Source of the DNA: Selaginella moellendorffii | Lineage: Eukaryota > Plantae > Lycopodiophyta | Length of the DNA stretch: 64,000 nucleotides | NCBI RefSeq assembly: GCF_000143415.4 | Contig: NW_003314304.1 | Coordinates: forward strand, 499,668-563,667 | Direction: 5' to 3' | Part shown: positions 1 to 11,220 of the stretch, one piece after another | Layout of the letters: each line of letters starts with the position of its first letter | How positions within the stretch are numbered: position 1 is the first letter of the stretch | Notes under the pieces: generated by a model | Seen by the model: the letters and a program-made list of their open reading frames with translations, nothing else | What the model was told of the DNA's origin: nothing | Databases searched by the model: none | Translations under genes and position numbers: made by a program

Positions 1-1375
1 GTATCAACTACACCACCAAACAAGATGGCTCGTCTCTTGTGGACAAAAATCCTGCTCTTACCGGATTCTTTCACCTTCACAAAACACAGCAAAAAACTAA
101 AACTCCAAACGAGAATGTAAAAGAAGCAAACCTTGTCCCACTCCCAATCCGTGGATCTAACGTCCACATATCTGCGAGTACTACAGCTTTGTCGGATTGA
201 TCTTTGTCAGAGGCAGGCTGTTTAAAATAGCCACCGTAAAAGAAAATCTTAAGGAAACGAAAAAATGTTCACAACACGCAAAACTATACTTTTAGTAGAC
301 AAATACCTCATCTAAATAAACAGCAAGCTGAAAATCAGTTCTAGCTGAAGGCCAGGCAGCTCCAAACTTGGTTTTATTTCTTGCCACTGTAAAAGGAAAT
401 CAGTTTAGTTGTTTAAAAAACAATGAGCGACAGAAACAAACCTTATAATTGTCTAAGTCCAGCACTTAAAGATTATTAAAGTACCTGTGTCAAAAATTCA
501 ATACTAAACATCTACACTGCTGAAACAGCCGACCTTACTTCCCTCAACGTGTCATAAAATCGACCAAATAGAATAAGTTTATGTTTGTAGAGAACCTGTG
601 GCAAGAAAGAAAAAAACATAAAGATTATGTTTAGAAGCGCAATTCATACCAATCTATGTCCGAAACGAGCACCTGGACAGCCTTTTAGTTGGAGCTGCTC
701 CCACACATTTGTGTTTGAATCCAGTCTCCATAAATCCTGCAAAAACTCTCTTGCAAGTCAGCTAGAAACACACCTAATAGTGATGAAACCGAATTCACCA
801 CCTACACTGCCAAAAGCAAGAGAAGCCCTGGAAAAATACATCATACCAATAATGAAGAGCCAGTTTTTCCACGCAACCGCCTGGAGGAGAGTTTGGACTG
901 GTGACAGGCTTCCACTCGTTCTTCTCGATGTTGTATTGGTAGAGATCACCATAAACGTAAGTCTAGCATAGCAAACACGAAGATCAAATCACCGTAGCGA
1001 AACTAATCACAAACCTTGTCACCATTGTTAGTATTCACCTCCATAGACGATCAGCTCAGTGTCCTTGATGGGATTTACAGTCACCTGAAACGCAAGAAAA
1101 GAAGAATTCTAGAGAATGTGAGCTTCCAGAGTGGAGATTTCAATCGAATTCTTACGCACAGAGCAATTGCATTGTGGTGAAGGAGCTGCTACATTCTCAT
1201 CGACATGAATTTCGCTCTTCTTTGCTTTCTCCTCGTGGAGTTTAGCCTGACAAAAAGGAAAACGATTGAGAGTCTTTGGCCAGAGCTTTGCTTACCAAGA
1301 TCGCACCAATATCATCCTCGTCCCACACCTTCTTCTCGTCGCCATGAGCTCGCCGCCTTGACCGTCTTGCTCGAA
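1..1375 (-). pseudogene. Kelch domain-containing protein 4 (KLHDC4-like) pseudogene; runs off the left edge
   Basis: Manual minus-strand translation across short GT-AG introns gives KKVWDEDDIGAIL / AKLHEEKAK / VTVNPIKDTELIVYGGEY(fs)NGDK / TYVYGDLYQYNIEKNEWKPVTSPNSPP(del)QAVAWKNWLFIIGGEF / VHKRRAILFGGVVD. This is collinear with the plant KLHDC4 family as I recall it. Frameshifts, internal deletions and the missing start segment indicate a pseudogene. Confidence 0.85.
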
Positions 1376-1393
1376 AAACCCTAAAACCTAAAT
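1376..1393. promoter_or_regulatory. Telo-box-like motif (AAACCCTAA) between the divergent KLHDC4 relic and the ROCO gene
   Basis: aaaccctaaaacctaaa is present here; similar motifs lie at the 5' ends of SEN1-like (~51132-51146) and the PPR gene (~56660-56680). Confidence 0.5.
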
Positions 1394-1412
1394 TTGTTGT
1401 CCACTTTCTTAG

Positions 1413-1539
1413 TGCTTTGCTTCCATACTATGGCTTTGCTTCCACACTTCCACAGCTGGCACATGCTTTGCTTCCACAGCTGGCATATACTTTGCTTTTC
1501 TTCCACAGCTGGCATACTTCTTTGCTTCCACTGCTGGCA
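1413..1539 (+). repeat. Imperfect ~24-bp tandem repeat, core CTTTGCTTCCACAGCTGGCA, about 4-5 copies
   Basis: Read directly from the sequence, just upstream of the ATG at 1602. Confidence 0.85.
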
Positions 1540-1601
1540 AGGTTCACTTTTACAAGTTTACTCGTGCTGTCCACTGCCCCTTCGATCCAGGGCAAACTTC
1601 C

Positions 1602-4600
1602 ATGGAGGAGGAGGAGCGACGAGTGTGGATCGACTGTGGCTCTGTCAAGCAGATCAAGGAGGCTCTCGCAGCGAAGCGGGACAACAAGCGGCACTTCAAT
1701 GCGATTCGGTTTTCTTGTGGGGCGATCTGTGACCCATCCGAAGGTGAGTTTGTTGATAAGGTGAGTGCTACCGTCGAGAGTTTTGGAGGCACAGAGGAGG
1801 ATCTGATTGGTGTGCTCAACTGGTGCATTTCAAATCCGCCCTGTTTAGACAGGGCTCTGGATGTGGGAGATGCTCCTGGTGATGGCAGTTCGTCTGCTGC
1901 TGCTGCTGCTCACATTGACATTCTCAAGGCCGCTTTGGTACCACAGCTCGACATCAGATTCATCCACTTCGCTGCCAGGGTCGCTTGTACGTTGGGCATT
2001 CCCAGTGATCGAATGCAAAGGGTGGCAGAGGGCATTGCTCCTCCTCAGCAGGGACAGGATATTGGCCAGATTGAGGGGCAGAGGTTTGCAAAGCTACTGA
2101 TGATGACAGAGGAATTCAAGGTCTTGAAAGTGCTAATATTCTATTGGGAAGGCAAAGACACCCTCACACCACCTCAGGAGCTTGAGTTGGCCTTTGCTCA
2201 GCTCGACTGCTTGACAGAGCTCTGGTTGATCAATGTTGGGAACCCAGAGACTCTCCTTAGCCAACTCCTTAGGAAAGCAGGAAACAACTTGAAACGTCTC
2301 GAATTGCTGGCGAACAGGATGACAGTGGAAGGATTTGGGAAATTGAGTAGGGATCTGGCAAGTCAGGAGTGCAAGGTGGAAGAGTTAGTCATCCTGGATA
2401 AGGACATTGACAAGGAAGGGTGGGAACAGGCATTTCAGAGTGGCATTTGCAATAAGCTAGTAGAACTGAAGGCATGGTTTCCAGAGGGGGCAGGTGAAGC
2501 ACTCTTCAAGGCACTCACGAGTCCAAACTGTTCGCTGCAAAGACTATTCCTATTTTCGGGTACTGATGCTGGAGTGTTGCCATGGGTATGCAAGGCTCTT
2601 CAGGAGGGCACCAGCCTGTCAGTTTTAGATTGCCGATATATGAGACAGAGTGAGGACCTGAGCAATGCAACGGGCCTGGGTGAGGCCCTGAGCAGCGCTA
2701 AGTGTGGCTTGGAGGAACTCACCGTTACACTTTATCCAGGTGATGGTGGTGGATGGTTGGGCAAAGCGCTACAAAATCCCAATGGCAAGCTGATCAAGCT
2801 CAAGCTTGAACTTGATTGTCCCAACGAGGGAGGAGGAATGGTCTGTGGCAGCAGTCTGTGGTCAGCTCTCTCAAGTCCACATTGTAAGCTGCGCCATTTG
2901 GAAATAACTGGTATCTCGGGAAGAGAGTTACCGTTGGAGATTGCCAAGGGCATAGAGAAGAGCCAACTGGAGCATTTGGGTATATGGAGGTGCAAAATCA
3001 CGAATGGGGAGCTCTTTTGGAAAGCTATCACCAGCTGCAAGTATCTGAAAGCTTTGTCATGTGAGTCGGAACTGCCATGGAGGTGCCTCTTGGGAAGCAG
3101 CATTGAAGACTTAAATATTCAATTTAAGTCAGAAATTGAAAAGCTGGAAGAGCTTTGCCAGTTGCTGGGGGATCCAAAATGCAAGGTGCGCAGATTCAGG
3201 GCTCCTTATCTTAGAAGTGATGCACAGAAAAGACAAATTCTGGCTGCCCTGGAGGAAAACTACCAAAGCCTCGCGGAAGAGCTTGATATAGGCAATGATT
3301 CCGAAGCTTCTGAAGCTTTCAAGCAGAGGTGTTCTGGTCTTTTAGAGCGGAATGCAATCTTCCAGCAGAGTGCATTCAAAGACTTTGACAACCCGTCAAC
3401 AGCAAAGCTCTTCTTGTGTGGTGCTAGCGGGGTTGGAAAAACCACAATAAAAAACAACCTCTGCCGCAGAGTGTCTTGGTTTCCATCATGTCTCCAAAGG
3501 CATGCTTCAACAGCAGGCATTGAGCTGCAACCACTTGTCTATGCAACCACCAAACAAAAGCTACTCATTTGCGACCTAGCTGGACAGGAAGAGTTCCATG
3601 TTTTCCACCAGTACTTTCTTAGAGGAAGTGAGAAGGATCTCTTCTTGATCGTATGCAAGGTGGAGGATGGCAATTGTGAGGTTTTCAAGCAGAATTTGGT
3701 TTATTGGCTGAGGTTCATTGCTTCACATCAGTCAGCCTCACCCAAAAGGAAGCCCAGGGTCTTGATTGCCCTGAATTTTTTCTCTCCAAAACCAGGCTAT
3801 GACCCAATGGAGGTGGTTTCTGCAATAATCTCTGACAAAGGCTATGGGCAAGTACTTGAGCTTGGAAATGATACGGCAGACTTTTGTTTTAAGGTGGTGG
3901 CCACCCGAGTGACAGATTTAAGGGGGATAAAAACCATGTTGGGGAGTTGCTTGGACAAATTGCTGTCAGCCCAGCAACAAATACCACGGGAATGTCTCAA
4001 TGCAAAGAGGAAACTGGTACAAGGTGCAAGTCACAAGAGGTCATACCCCTAGACAAAGTTGGTGAAATCCTCTTGCCTAACAGCAGTTCCAAAAGCAGAG
4101 AAGCCAGAAAGAACATTGTTAAATTCGTCTTGCAGTTTCTACATGATTGTGGAGATGCAATTTACTTTGGCTTGGGACATGAAGAGGGTGACATTGTGCC
4201 TCAATTTGTCATCTTAGATGTCCAATGGTTTATGAGGGATGTGGTGCAACTCTTCATACCTACAGAGAAGACTAGCAAACTCAAAAGTCGAATGGAAACA
4301 CATGAAGTTAAATATCAATTGCAAGAACAATGTGGGAACCAAGACAAAATAGTGGAGTACATTCTTGGAGTGCTCCATGAGATGGGAGTGATATTGCCTT
4401 GGGATGATACATGGGATGGGAATTGGCATAACCTGCCCAAGGACTTGATAGTGCCAACACTATTGCAAGAAGAATATTCACCTCCAGAATATTTATTATT
4501 GCCATCAGACACTCAAAAAAACCACAATTATTGGGGTAGGAGGTTTCAATGCAAAGACAAGGAACTAAAATTGTTTCCTGCAAGTATTTTCTCAAAAATC

Positions 4601-5947
4601 CAAGTTAAGCTTCACAAATTATGCAAGCAAGGTGTCAGGCTTGGGAATGGATGGGTGGCTTTGAAAGAGAACCTTATCGAGACAATTGTGAGAGTTGGGG
4701 GAGACACAGACAATTGGAAAGATAGGCAATGGGTTGATGTCATCATATATTTGCCAAAAGAGGTAGAGAATACACCAAGGCCAGATTTGGAAAAGGAAGC
4801 TGAAGGATGGATGGAAAAAGTTAGAGGTTACATTATTGGGTTATACATGAAGGATTGCCCAATTTTGGAAATTGAAGAAAATGTGATGAGACGTGGTTAT
4901 GTGTGGAGAAAGATACTAAATAAGGTAAATAAACCAAAATCATGGGATGCAGTTATTTGTCCGCTAAAGCAAATTAAATGTGAAGGAAGAGAAAAAGATC
5001 TAAACTACTCCCACACCTGGAATGATTCGTGTGAAGTGGATAGTTGGGATCTGATCAATGATTTGAAGGTCTCAGATGAAAATTCTTTGACTAAGTTATT
5101 GATGCCTAATGAGCAGCAACATGAAGTGGTGGAGAAGCTTGTTGAACTTTATGAACTCTTAAAGGATTATGAGGAAGTTGTAGGAGTCACAATTGCCAAG
5201 GCATCATCAAATATTGATAAAATTCCAAATGTTAAAGAATTGGAGTTTGATGCAGTCTTCAAATATATTGATAAAAGGTTTGATAAAGTGGATAACTATT
5301 TTGACAAAGTGGATATGAAACTTGATGACATTAAAATAAGCATCGACAAGCTCAAGAATGAACTCAAATCTACAATCTACAAAGTGAATGCAATTTATGC
5401 AAGCTATTTACAGATATTATTGAAATTAGAGGTGGACTACCCAAAGTATCCATATATTGTTGATGGGAACAACATGTGGAAGAATTACAATAAATTATTG
5501 GGAACATGTGTTAAACTTCATTATATGTGTGAATGGCCTAAGGGAGCTTATGCTTATGAAGTTGGAGCTCATCAAGTAAAGGATTTTATGGGTTTTGACT
5601 TAGATCTCCCACCAAATTGGCTCAAGAAATTTGCTCCAGTACTAAAACCAATATTGATTCTTTTGTTTATTGGGGCTAAAGTTGGAGGAAAGTTTGCTGG
5701 TGTTGGAGAAATAGTGAATGCAGTGGTGGATGAGACTAAGGGAAGCCTCATAAACTTTCTAGATTCATATCTTCTCAATAGCAAGCTTGTTATAAATCCT
5801 AAAGCCGAAGATTTGCAAGAGATATTCAAGCTAATAAAGACTAAAATTGGGAAAGAAATAGATGAGAAAGCAATCATGGCTAAATACTTTGCTCTTCATC
5901 CTATATCCCAAGATGGCAAAATAATATGGGTCTGCAAAGGTATTTAG
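1602..5947 (+). CDS. TORNADO1-like ROCO protein (RNI-type LRR, ROC GTPase, COR, coiled coil, TRN1-like C-terminus); intronless, one frameshift near 4020
   Basis: ORF 1602-4052 has RNI-like LRRs (LKRLELL, LQRLFL, LEELTV, LRHLEI), the P-loop KLFLCGASGVGKTT and the G3 motif CDLAGQEEF. ORF 3947-5947 (-1 frame) has COR-like LQFLHDCGDAIYF/ILDVQWF/IVPTLL and VKLHYMCE..AHQV..KFAPVLK..IGAK, resembling the TRN1 C-terminus. One extra base at GTACAAGG joins both into ~1450 aa, so this is either a pseudogene or a sequencing error. Confidence 0.85.
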
Positions 5948-6474
5948 CATTTAATGATATCCATTTTCTTAATTCTATCTAACAAACACTATACAGAGCA
6001 CTCAAAGCAAATCATTAACTATATTGGTTTTTGAGGTTGTTTAGTAAAGTGAAGGTAAGTTAAACATGCTCTATACTATGTCAAGTGTTTTTAGTATGAT
6101 TGGTCTACATTTTTTAGCACAAGTTGATGAGGTACTTTTACATTCTAAAATATTTTTTCATGTTTATTATAGTGTTTTATGTTTATTTCAGAAAGAAAAG
6201 CTACTCAAGTGATTTCATATTAACAATATTTTTAATTTCGACATCTTTAGCAAAACAATCCCAGAAATGAAGGTAATTGGCATTGATAAACCTCTTAAAA
6301 GGTAATGCTATTGTAGAGCATCTTGGAGAGTGAGAGAGGATGTTCCATAGAGGGGTAAATACCTTTTCTCTTGCCTTCCTCTATCATTCAAGACTACTCA
6401 AAGTACAAAATCATCATAGCTTTTGGGACAGTGGTGCAAGGCATCTATGGCAATTTGGCTTAGTCAACTCCAAC

Positions 6475-7982
6475 ATGGCATATGTTGGAGTCTCCAGCCT
6501 TCTAAGGCTTCCAAAGACATCATCATGCACTTCTTCATTATATGAGGCCTTCCTCCACCAGCTCGTGATTGTCTCCAATCTCAATGGTACGCATCACAAT
6601 GCTGCGTAATGCGCTCTGGCTGGGGATTATTTCCATGACTCGCTTCTGGTGTTCTCGACTGGAAGATCGCCGACAAGGCCTTGCTTGGTGAGGCCGCTAC
6701 TCACACTAGAGGCCACGATCTTGTCTGTGGGGACAGAAATTATGTATGGCGCTGCCATAGATTCTGGATGGGAGCAAGAACTAAACAAGGGGTGCGTTGG
6801 TAGAGACTTCCAAGTTTCCAGCATTCCAGGTAGAAAAATTCCATATCCTCTCTTTGATTGCGTTTACAATGTTTTTCTCTATCTCGTCCTGGCTTTTTCT
6901 TAGTTTTTTTCCTGTAGGAACAAACAGAACAACGACCTCACAAAGTCAGCTTCAAGCTGAAGAAGGCAGAGGCTCCTCAGGTTGTGGAGACACTGTTGAA
7001 GAGATTGATCAAGTGTGGGGCAAGTTTTTAGAGGATCGTTCAAAGCTTTTGTGATTTTAATCCTTTTTCTTTTTTGTTCTTCCAGTTGGATGTAAAAATC
7101 ATCAGGACAGGATATGGATGTTCTCCCTTGAGCAGCTGACAAGGGACAGCTCATGAGGGAAGGCAGAGCTCCTCAGAAAGTTCTTGTGATGCTGAGCTCT
7201 TTGCCGTCAAAGACGTTTTTGGAGTTATCGTAAGTTCTTGAAGTCGATTGATCACTCCTTAACTCACTGACTATCTCAGGTCGGGAGTTTGAAGAGCTTA
7301 CGCAGTGGTACCTTGACAAAGCCAAAGACAATCCCAAGATCTTTCGTGGCACTGAAAGATGCACTTCGGGAATGTTACAAGCTATCCGAGAGTTCAAGTT
7401 CGATCCTCGTGTTTCGCACAGAGATGCCGACTTACTGGAGCCGTGCTACTGCGTGAGATGGTTATGAGGTGAGGTTGAAAGCTCCCACGAGACTTGAAAA
7501 GGCCAATGGTAAGTTCCTCGTGTTTAGTAGTTTTGGATGCGTCAGCAACGAAATGGCTGGCAGGCCCCTGACCCAACGCTGGTCACTCCGTGCGGACTAG
7601 AAGACTAGAAGACTTAGAAGCGTTGACATTCTACGTCCCCTCCACGGTATTCATAGAGACCTTCTGTATGTGGGTTGATAAACTTCGTGCGACAAAGGTT
7701 GGGGACGTTACTTGGGTTGTCAAGTTTGATAAGTGGCAGCGAACTGGTACGTTAAGTTCTTTCTGAGTCATATGCATTATTCTTTTGCATTCCAGACGAA
7801 GAGCTGAATTATCGCTTGACAACCGCCGTGTTTCAATGTAAGGTGGCATTCTTATCGCTTTGTTTTGGTGGAGTCATTCAGCTTTGCTTCTCTTACAGGA
7901 TGACATGCCTTATGCGAGTGTATTACGAATCCACGAAACGTGGCTTGATGGTTATGCAGGAAGACCTTTGGTCCTAATGTAG
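6475..7982 (+). pseudogene. SPP: Sucrose-phosphate phosphatase pseudogene (HAD domain plus S6PP C-terminal domain)
   Basis: Collinear fragments VIVSNLNGT, HDSLLVFSTGRSPT, LSVGTEIMYG, EQTEQRPHKVSFK, LDVKII, DAELF, KAKDNPKIF..ERC..MLQAI, WVDK..WVVKFDKW and HETWL. It carries stops, frameshifts and many small deletions; HAD motif DxDxT appears as NLNGT. Confidence 0.88.
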
Positions 7983-9821
7983 GAGGCACAGCCAACCATA
8001 GGCGAAAAATAAGCAGGGACGAGTCTTCGTCCAGGTGACCATGTAAAAGTTATCAGCTCTGGAATCTAATTTTGTGGATGCTGCTGTGTGTGCAGTGGCA
8101 TACAAATATATTCCAGGTTTACTGAGTTTGATATATGGTGAAGAAAAACGAGACAGAGGCCAGTGTGGAGCCCCTACTGCGACGATCCATGGTCGAGGTC
8201 GACTTACAACGCGTTGAAAAGGAGCCAGGTCTACACTTAATGGAATGGAATGTGGATCCAAACGCAAACGCGTGTATATTCCATCTATGATCGACAAGTC
8301 TTTAATAATCCACTCCAAACGGTAGCGTCACTTGCAACAAGACGAGGGTATGTTTACACATTTATACTCATCCATTCATGGTGGTTGCTGTAGAACAGGG
8401 TGACATCAGGATCAAAAGCGAGAATCAGGCACACTCGGGTCGGAACGACAGGGACCAAACTCATCAGTAGCAACGGAGAGGTTTGTATTCTGGATTTAAA
8501 TCGCGTCTCTCAGCAATCTTTCGATGAACAGCAAATGGAAGGAGAAAAGGCCCGGCGGGTTGGGCTCCACGTCGTCAACAAAACGATGCGGATCAATGTT
8601 AAAAACTCACAGACTGGTACGTGCAATGCTTTACAGCCAGAAGTTTTGGCTTTCTTAGCGAAGAATCGTGCAGACAAGGAAAAGGAAAAGTATAATCGGG
8701 CCACTAACAAGGTGGAGCATTGCGAATGGAAGATAAGCTAAAATGCATTTATTTTCGTTCTCTTTCTTTCTCCGTGGTATGGGGGACTTCTCTCAGCATA
8801 TCCCGAGCTGCATGTCCAGTGATTCAAAGCAAAGTTCTCACCCTTATACCCCTCTTTGATGATAGTCGGGCAATTATCACACCACTATTCTTCCATGTCT
8901 TGAGTGTCTCTAATCGGCCAACCAGAGTATAAAATGCGACCACCACCTTCATTGCAAACTCCCCCTGCTCCCTCTTCCTCTCGCAAAGGAGAGAAAGCTC
9001 CAAGTTCTTGAGTGAGCAAAGGGCTCTCACCTCGAGAACTCGACAAACTCTCTCGAATCCAAGCTTGGCTCCTTTGGTTATTCTTCTCTTCGTCCCCTTT
9101 CAAAAGTAAGCTTGTTTTGTTTTGCCTCTGCTTTCGTGGTTCTGAGCTTGTGATTCTTTCAGTTTGGTTGCGCCAGCAATCGGGACTCCGACGAAACAAA
9201 ACGTTCCATAAGCGTGATTTCCAGAAAGAGTACGTGCCTCGCTTCCTTCCATGCTTTAGATGCTCAAATGATTCTTTCATTCCCTTTCGCTCGCATAAAT
9301 TACTCGTGTTGACAAGAAAAGAGTTGAAGTGTGTGTGAGAGAGAGCTGTGTGTGTGTAAGTGTGTAACTTATGACAGCTTCTTTTCATGTAGATTCCCTT
9401 GCATTCCCTGTCCTTTTGCTTCCTTTTTTTGCTCCATAGGCCAATGGATCGCTTGCTTCTTCTCTCCTCTTGCACTCTGCTGCGTCAGTTTCACTCGGGA
9501 AAACGTATTCTTATGTAATTGTTCGTTGGCCTCGGCGAGAAACGAAGGCTTTCCCCCTTTTCTCCAGAGATGATCTTAAGACGCTGTTTTCTTGTGAGAA
9601 TCGGTGCTCCTCCTCCCCAGCACCATGCATTTGATGATTCCACGCCACCATTTGCCTCGTCATATGCTCACTGCCGCTGTTCTTCCTCTGCTTCCAGAGC
9701 ACAGGCGCCAGAAAACTTTGAAGAGGCATTGTGAACTTGACACCATTTCCTCCAGGTATTTCATCTCTTGTTTGATCGTTTTCTTGACGATGTTCACCTC
9801 AGGTAATCCAAGCTTTCAGGC

Positions 9822-11220
9822 ATGGTGAAGTTCCAGAAGCAGCTCGTCCCAGAGTGGCGGGTGAAGTACTGCGACTACAAGCAGCTCAAGAAAGCTGTCA
9901 AGAGAATAAAAAACCAGATCCTACATACCAAGAACCAGCAACACAAGGTGTTCGATCCAAATGTCTTCTTGGTTGACAAGAGCAAGCTTCAAAATTTGCT
10001 GCAAAATCCCAGCGCCATTCTGAGCAGCTGCTGCAAACAATCCATATCCTCGGAAACGTCCATGGTCTGTGATGATGTTCTGGACTGTAAAGACAAAACA
10101 AAACACTTCAATACGATCAGGTTGTGCACAAGACGAGAATTGGAGATGGCGAGGATTTTTACGAGACGGAGCTGTTTGGAACTCGATCGGATCACGAAAA
10201 GAGCTTCTTTTTCGGCCTTGACGATCAGCTCAACAAAGTGGACAAGTTTTTGAGATGCAAGGAAGACGAGTACGATGCTCAAGCACAGCAACTTCACATC
10301 CAAATGGAAGAGCTCGTTGCTATGCAAGGTTCGTTATAGCAGCCTCTAAATCTGTAGCACTTAACTTGGAATCGTTTGATCTCTGCCATGTTGTAGATGA
10401 CGAATCTCAGAGCTTGAAGGGGAGCCCGGCAACAAAGGAAAGGTTCAGCGAGCAGCCAAGATGCTCCAGACGGCCTTTGTCGAATTTTATCGTGGGCTTC
10501 GACTCCTAAGAAACTTCAGGTGAATGACCTCTAGATCCATGTTCTCAAAGTGTTGAAAACTTACTTGCCAGCTCCTTGAACATGATGGCATTCGTCAAGA
10601 TCCTCAAGAAATATGACAAGGTACTTATGGAAAATGGCAAATTACTGCAGACTTCTAAAAAGGTTTTTTAAATTCTCAGGTGACTGGACAGAATGCGTCT
10701 GGCAGTTATCTGAAGATGGTCGAAAACTCTCATTTTGCAACGTTGGACAAGGTGTGAAGAAATTTTCCTTTGGGGGTCTTGCTGATGGGATTTCATTGCT
10801 CCAATGCACTCCAGGTAGTAAAGTTTATGGACCGTGTAGAGAGAGTGTTCACTCTGCACTTTACGAAAGGCAACCGAAAGCAAGCCATGGCATATCTCAG
10901 GCACATACACTCTGCGAGCAATCATGGAAATATAAACTTTATCTTGGGTAAAAGCAGGATATCCATTTCATTCATTCGGATCTTCGTTATTAATTAACCT
11001 TCTTCTATTAAAATCTATAGGCCTCTTCAATGGTTGCTCCTGGAGTCTCCTAGCAGCGTTTGTGTTAATCCTTGTGCTTGGAAACAAGGGCAGGATCACA
11101 ACGAAGCACATACAAGCAGTCTTCCCTGTGTTCAGGTAAACAGTGCCATACTTTTATGAAAAGTTTTGTATGTTTCCAAGTTCTTTTGTTTCTTACAGCA
11201 CACTTTTTCTTGTTCGTGCT
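9822..11220 (+). pseudogene. PHO1: PHO1-family SPX-EXS phosphate exporter, 3'-truncated by a retrotransposon
   Basis: Exons encode MVKFQKQLVPEW..YKQLKK, FFFGLDDQLNKVDKF, AFVEFYRGLRLLRNF, SLNMMAFVKILKKYDK, F..GNRKQAMAYLR and FILGLFNGC..FPVFSTLFLFVL. The sequence switches abruptly to the retroelement at ~11221 and no EXS domain follows. Confidence 0.88.

Noticed and set aside
1413-1539. CRISPR-like repeat array
   Set aside because: Eukaryotic context, no unique spacers; a simple minisatellite.
4000-4052. Programmed frameshift or a small intron in the ROCO gene
   Set aside because: No slippery heptamer and no convincing intron; a 1-nt indel is the simplest explanation.
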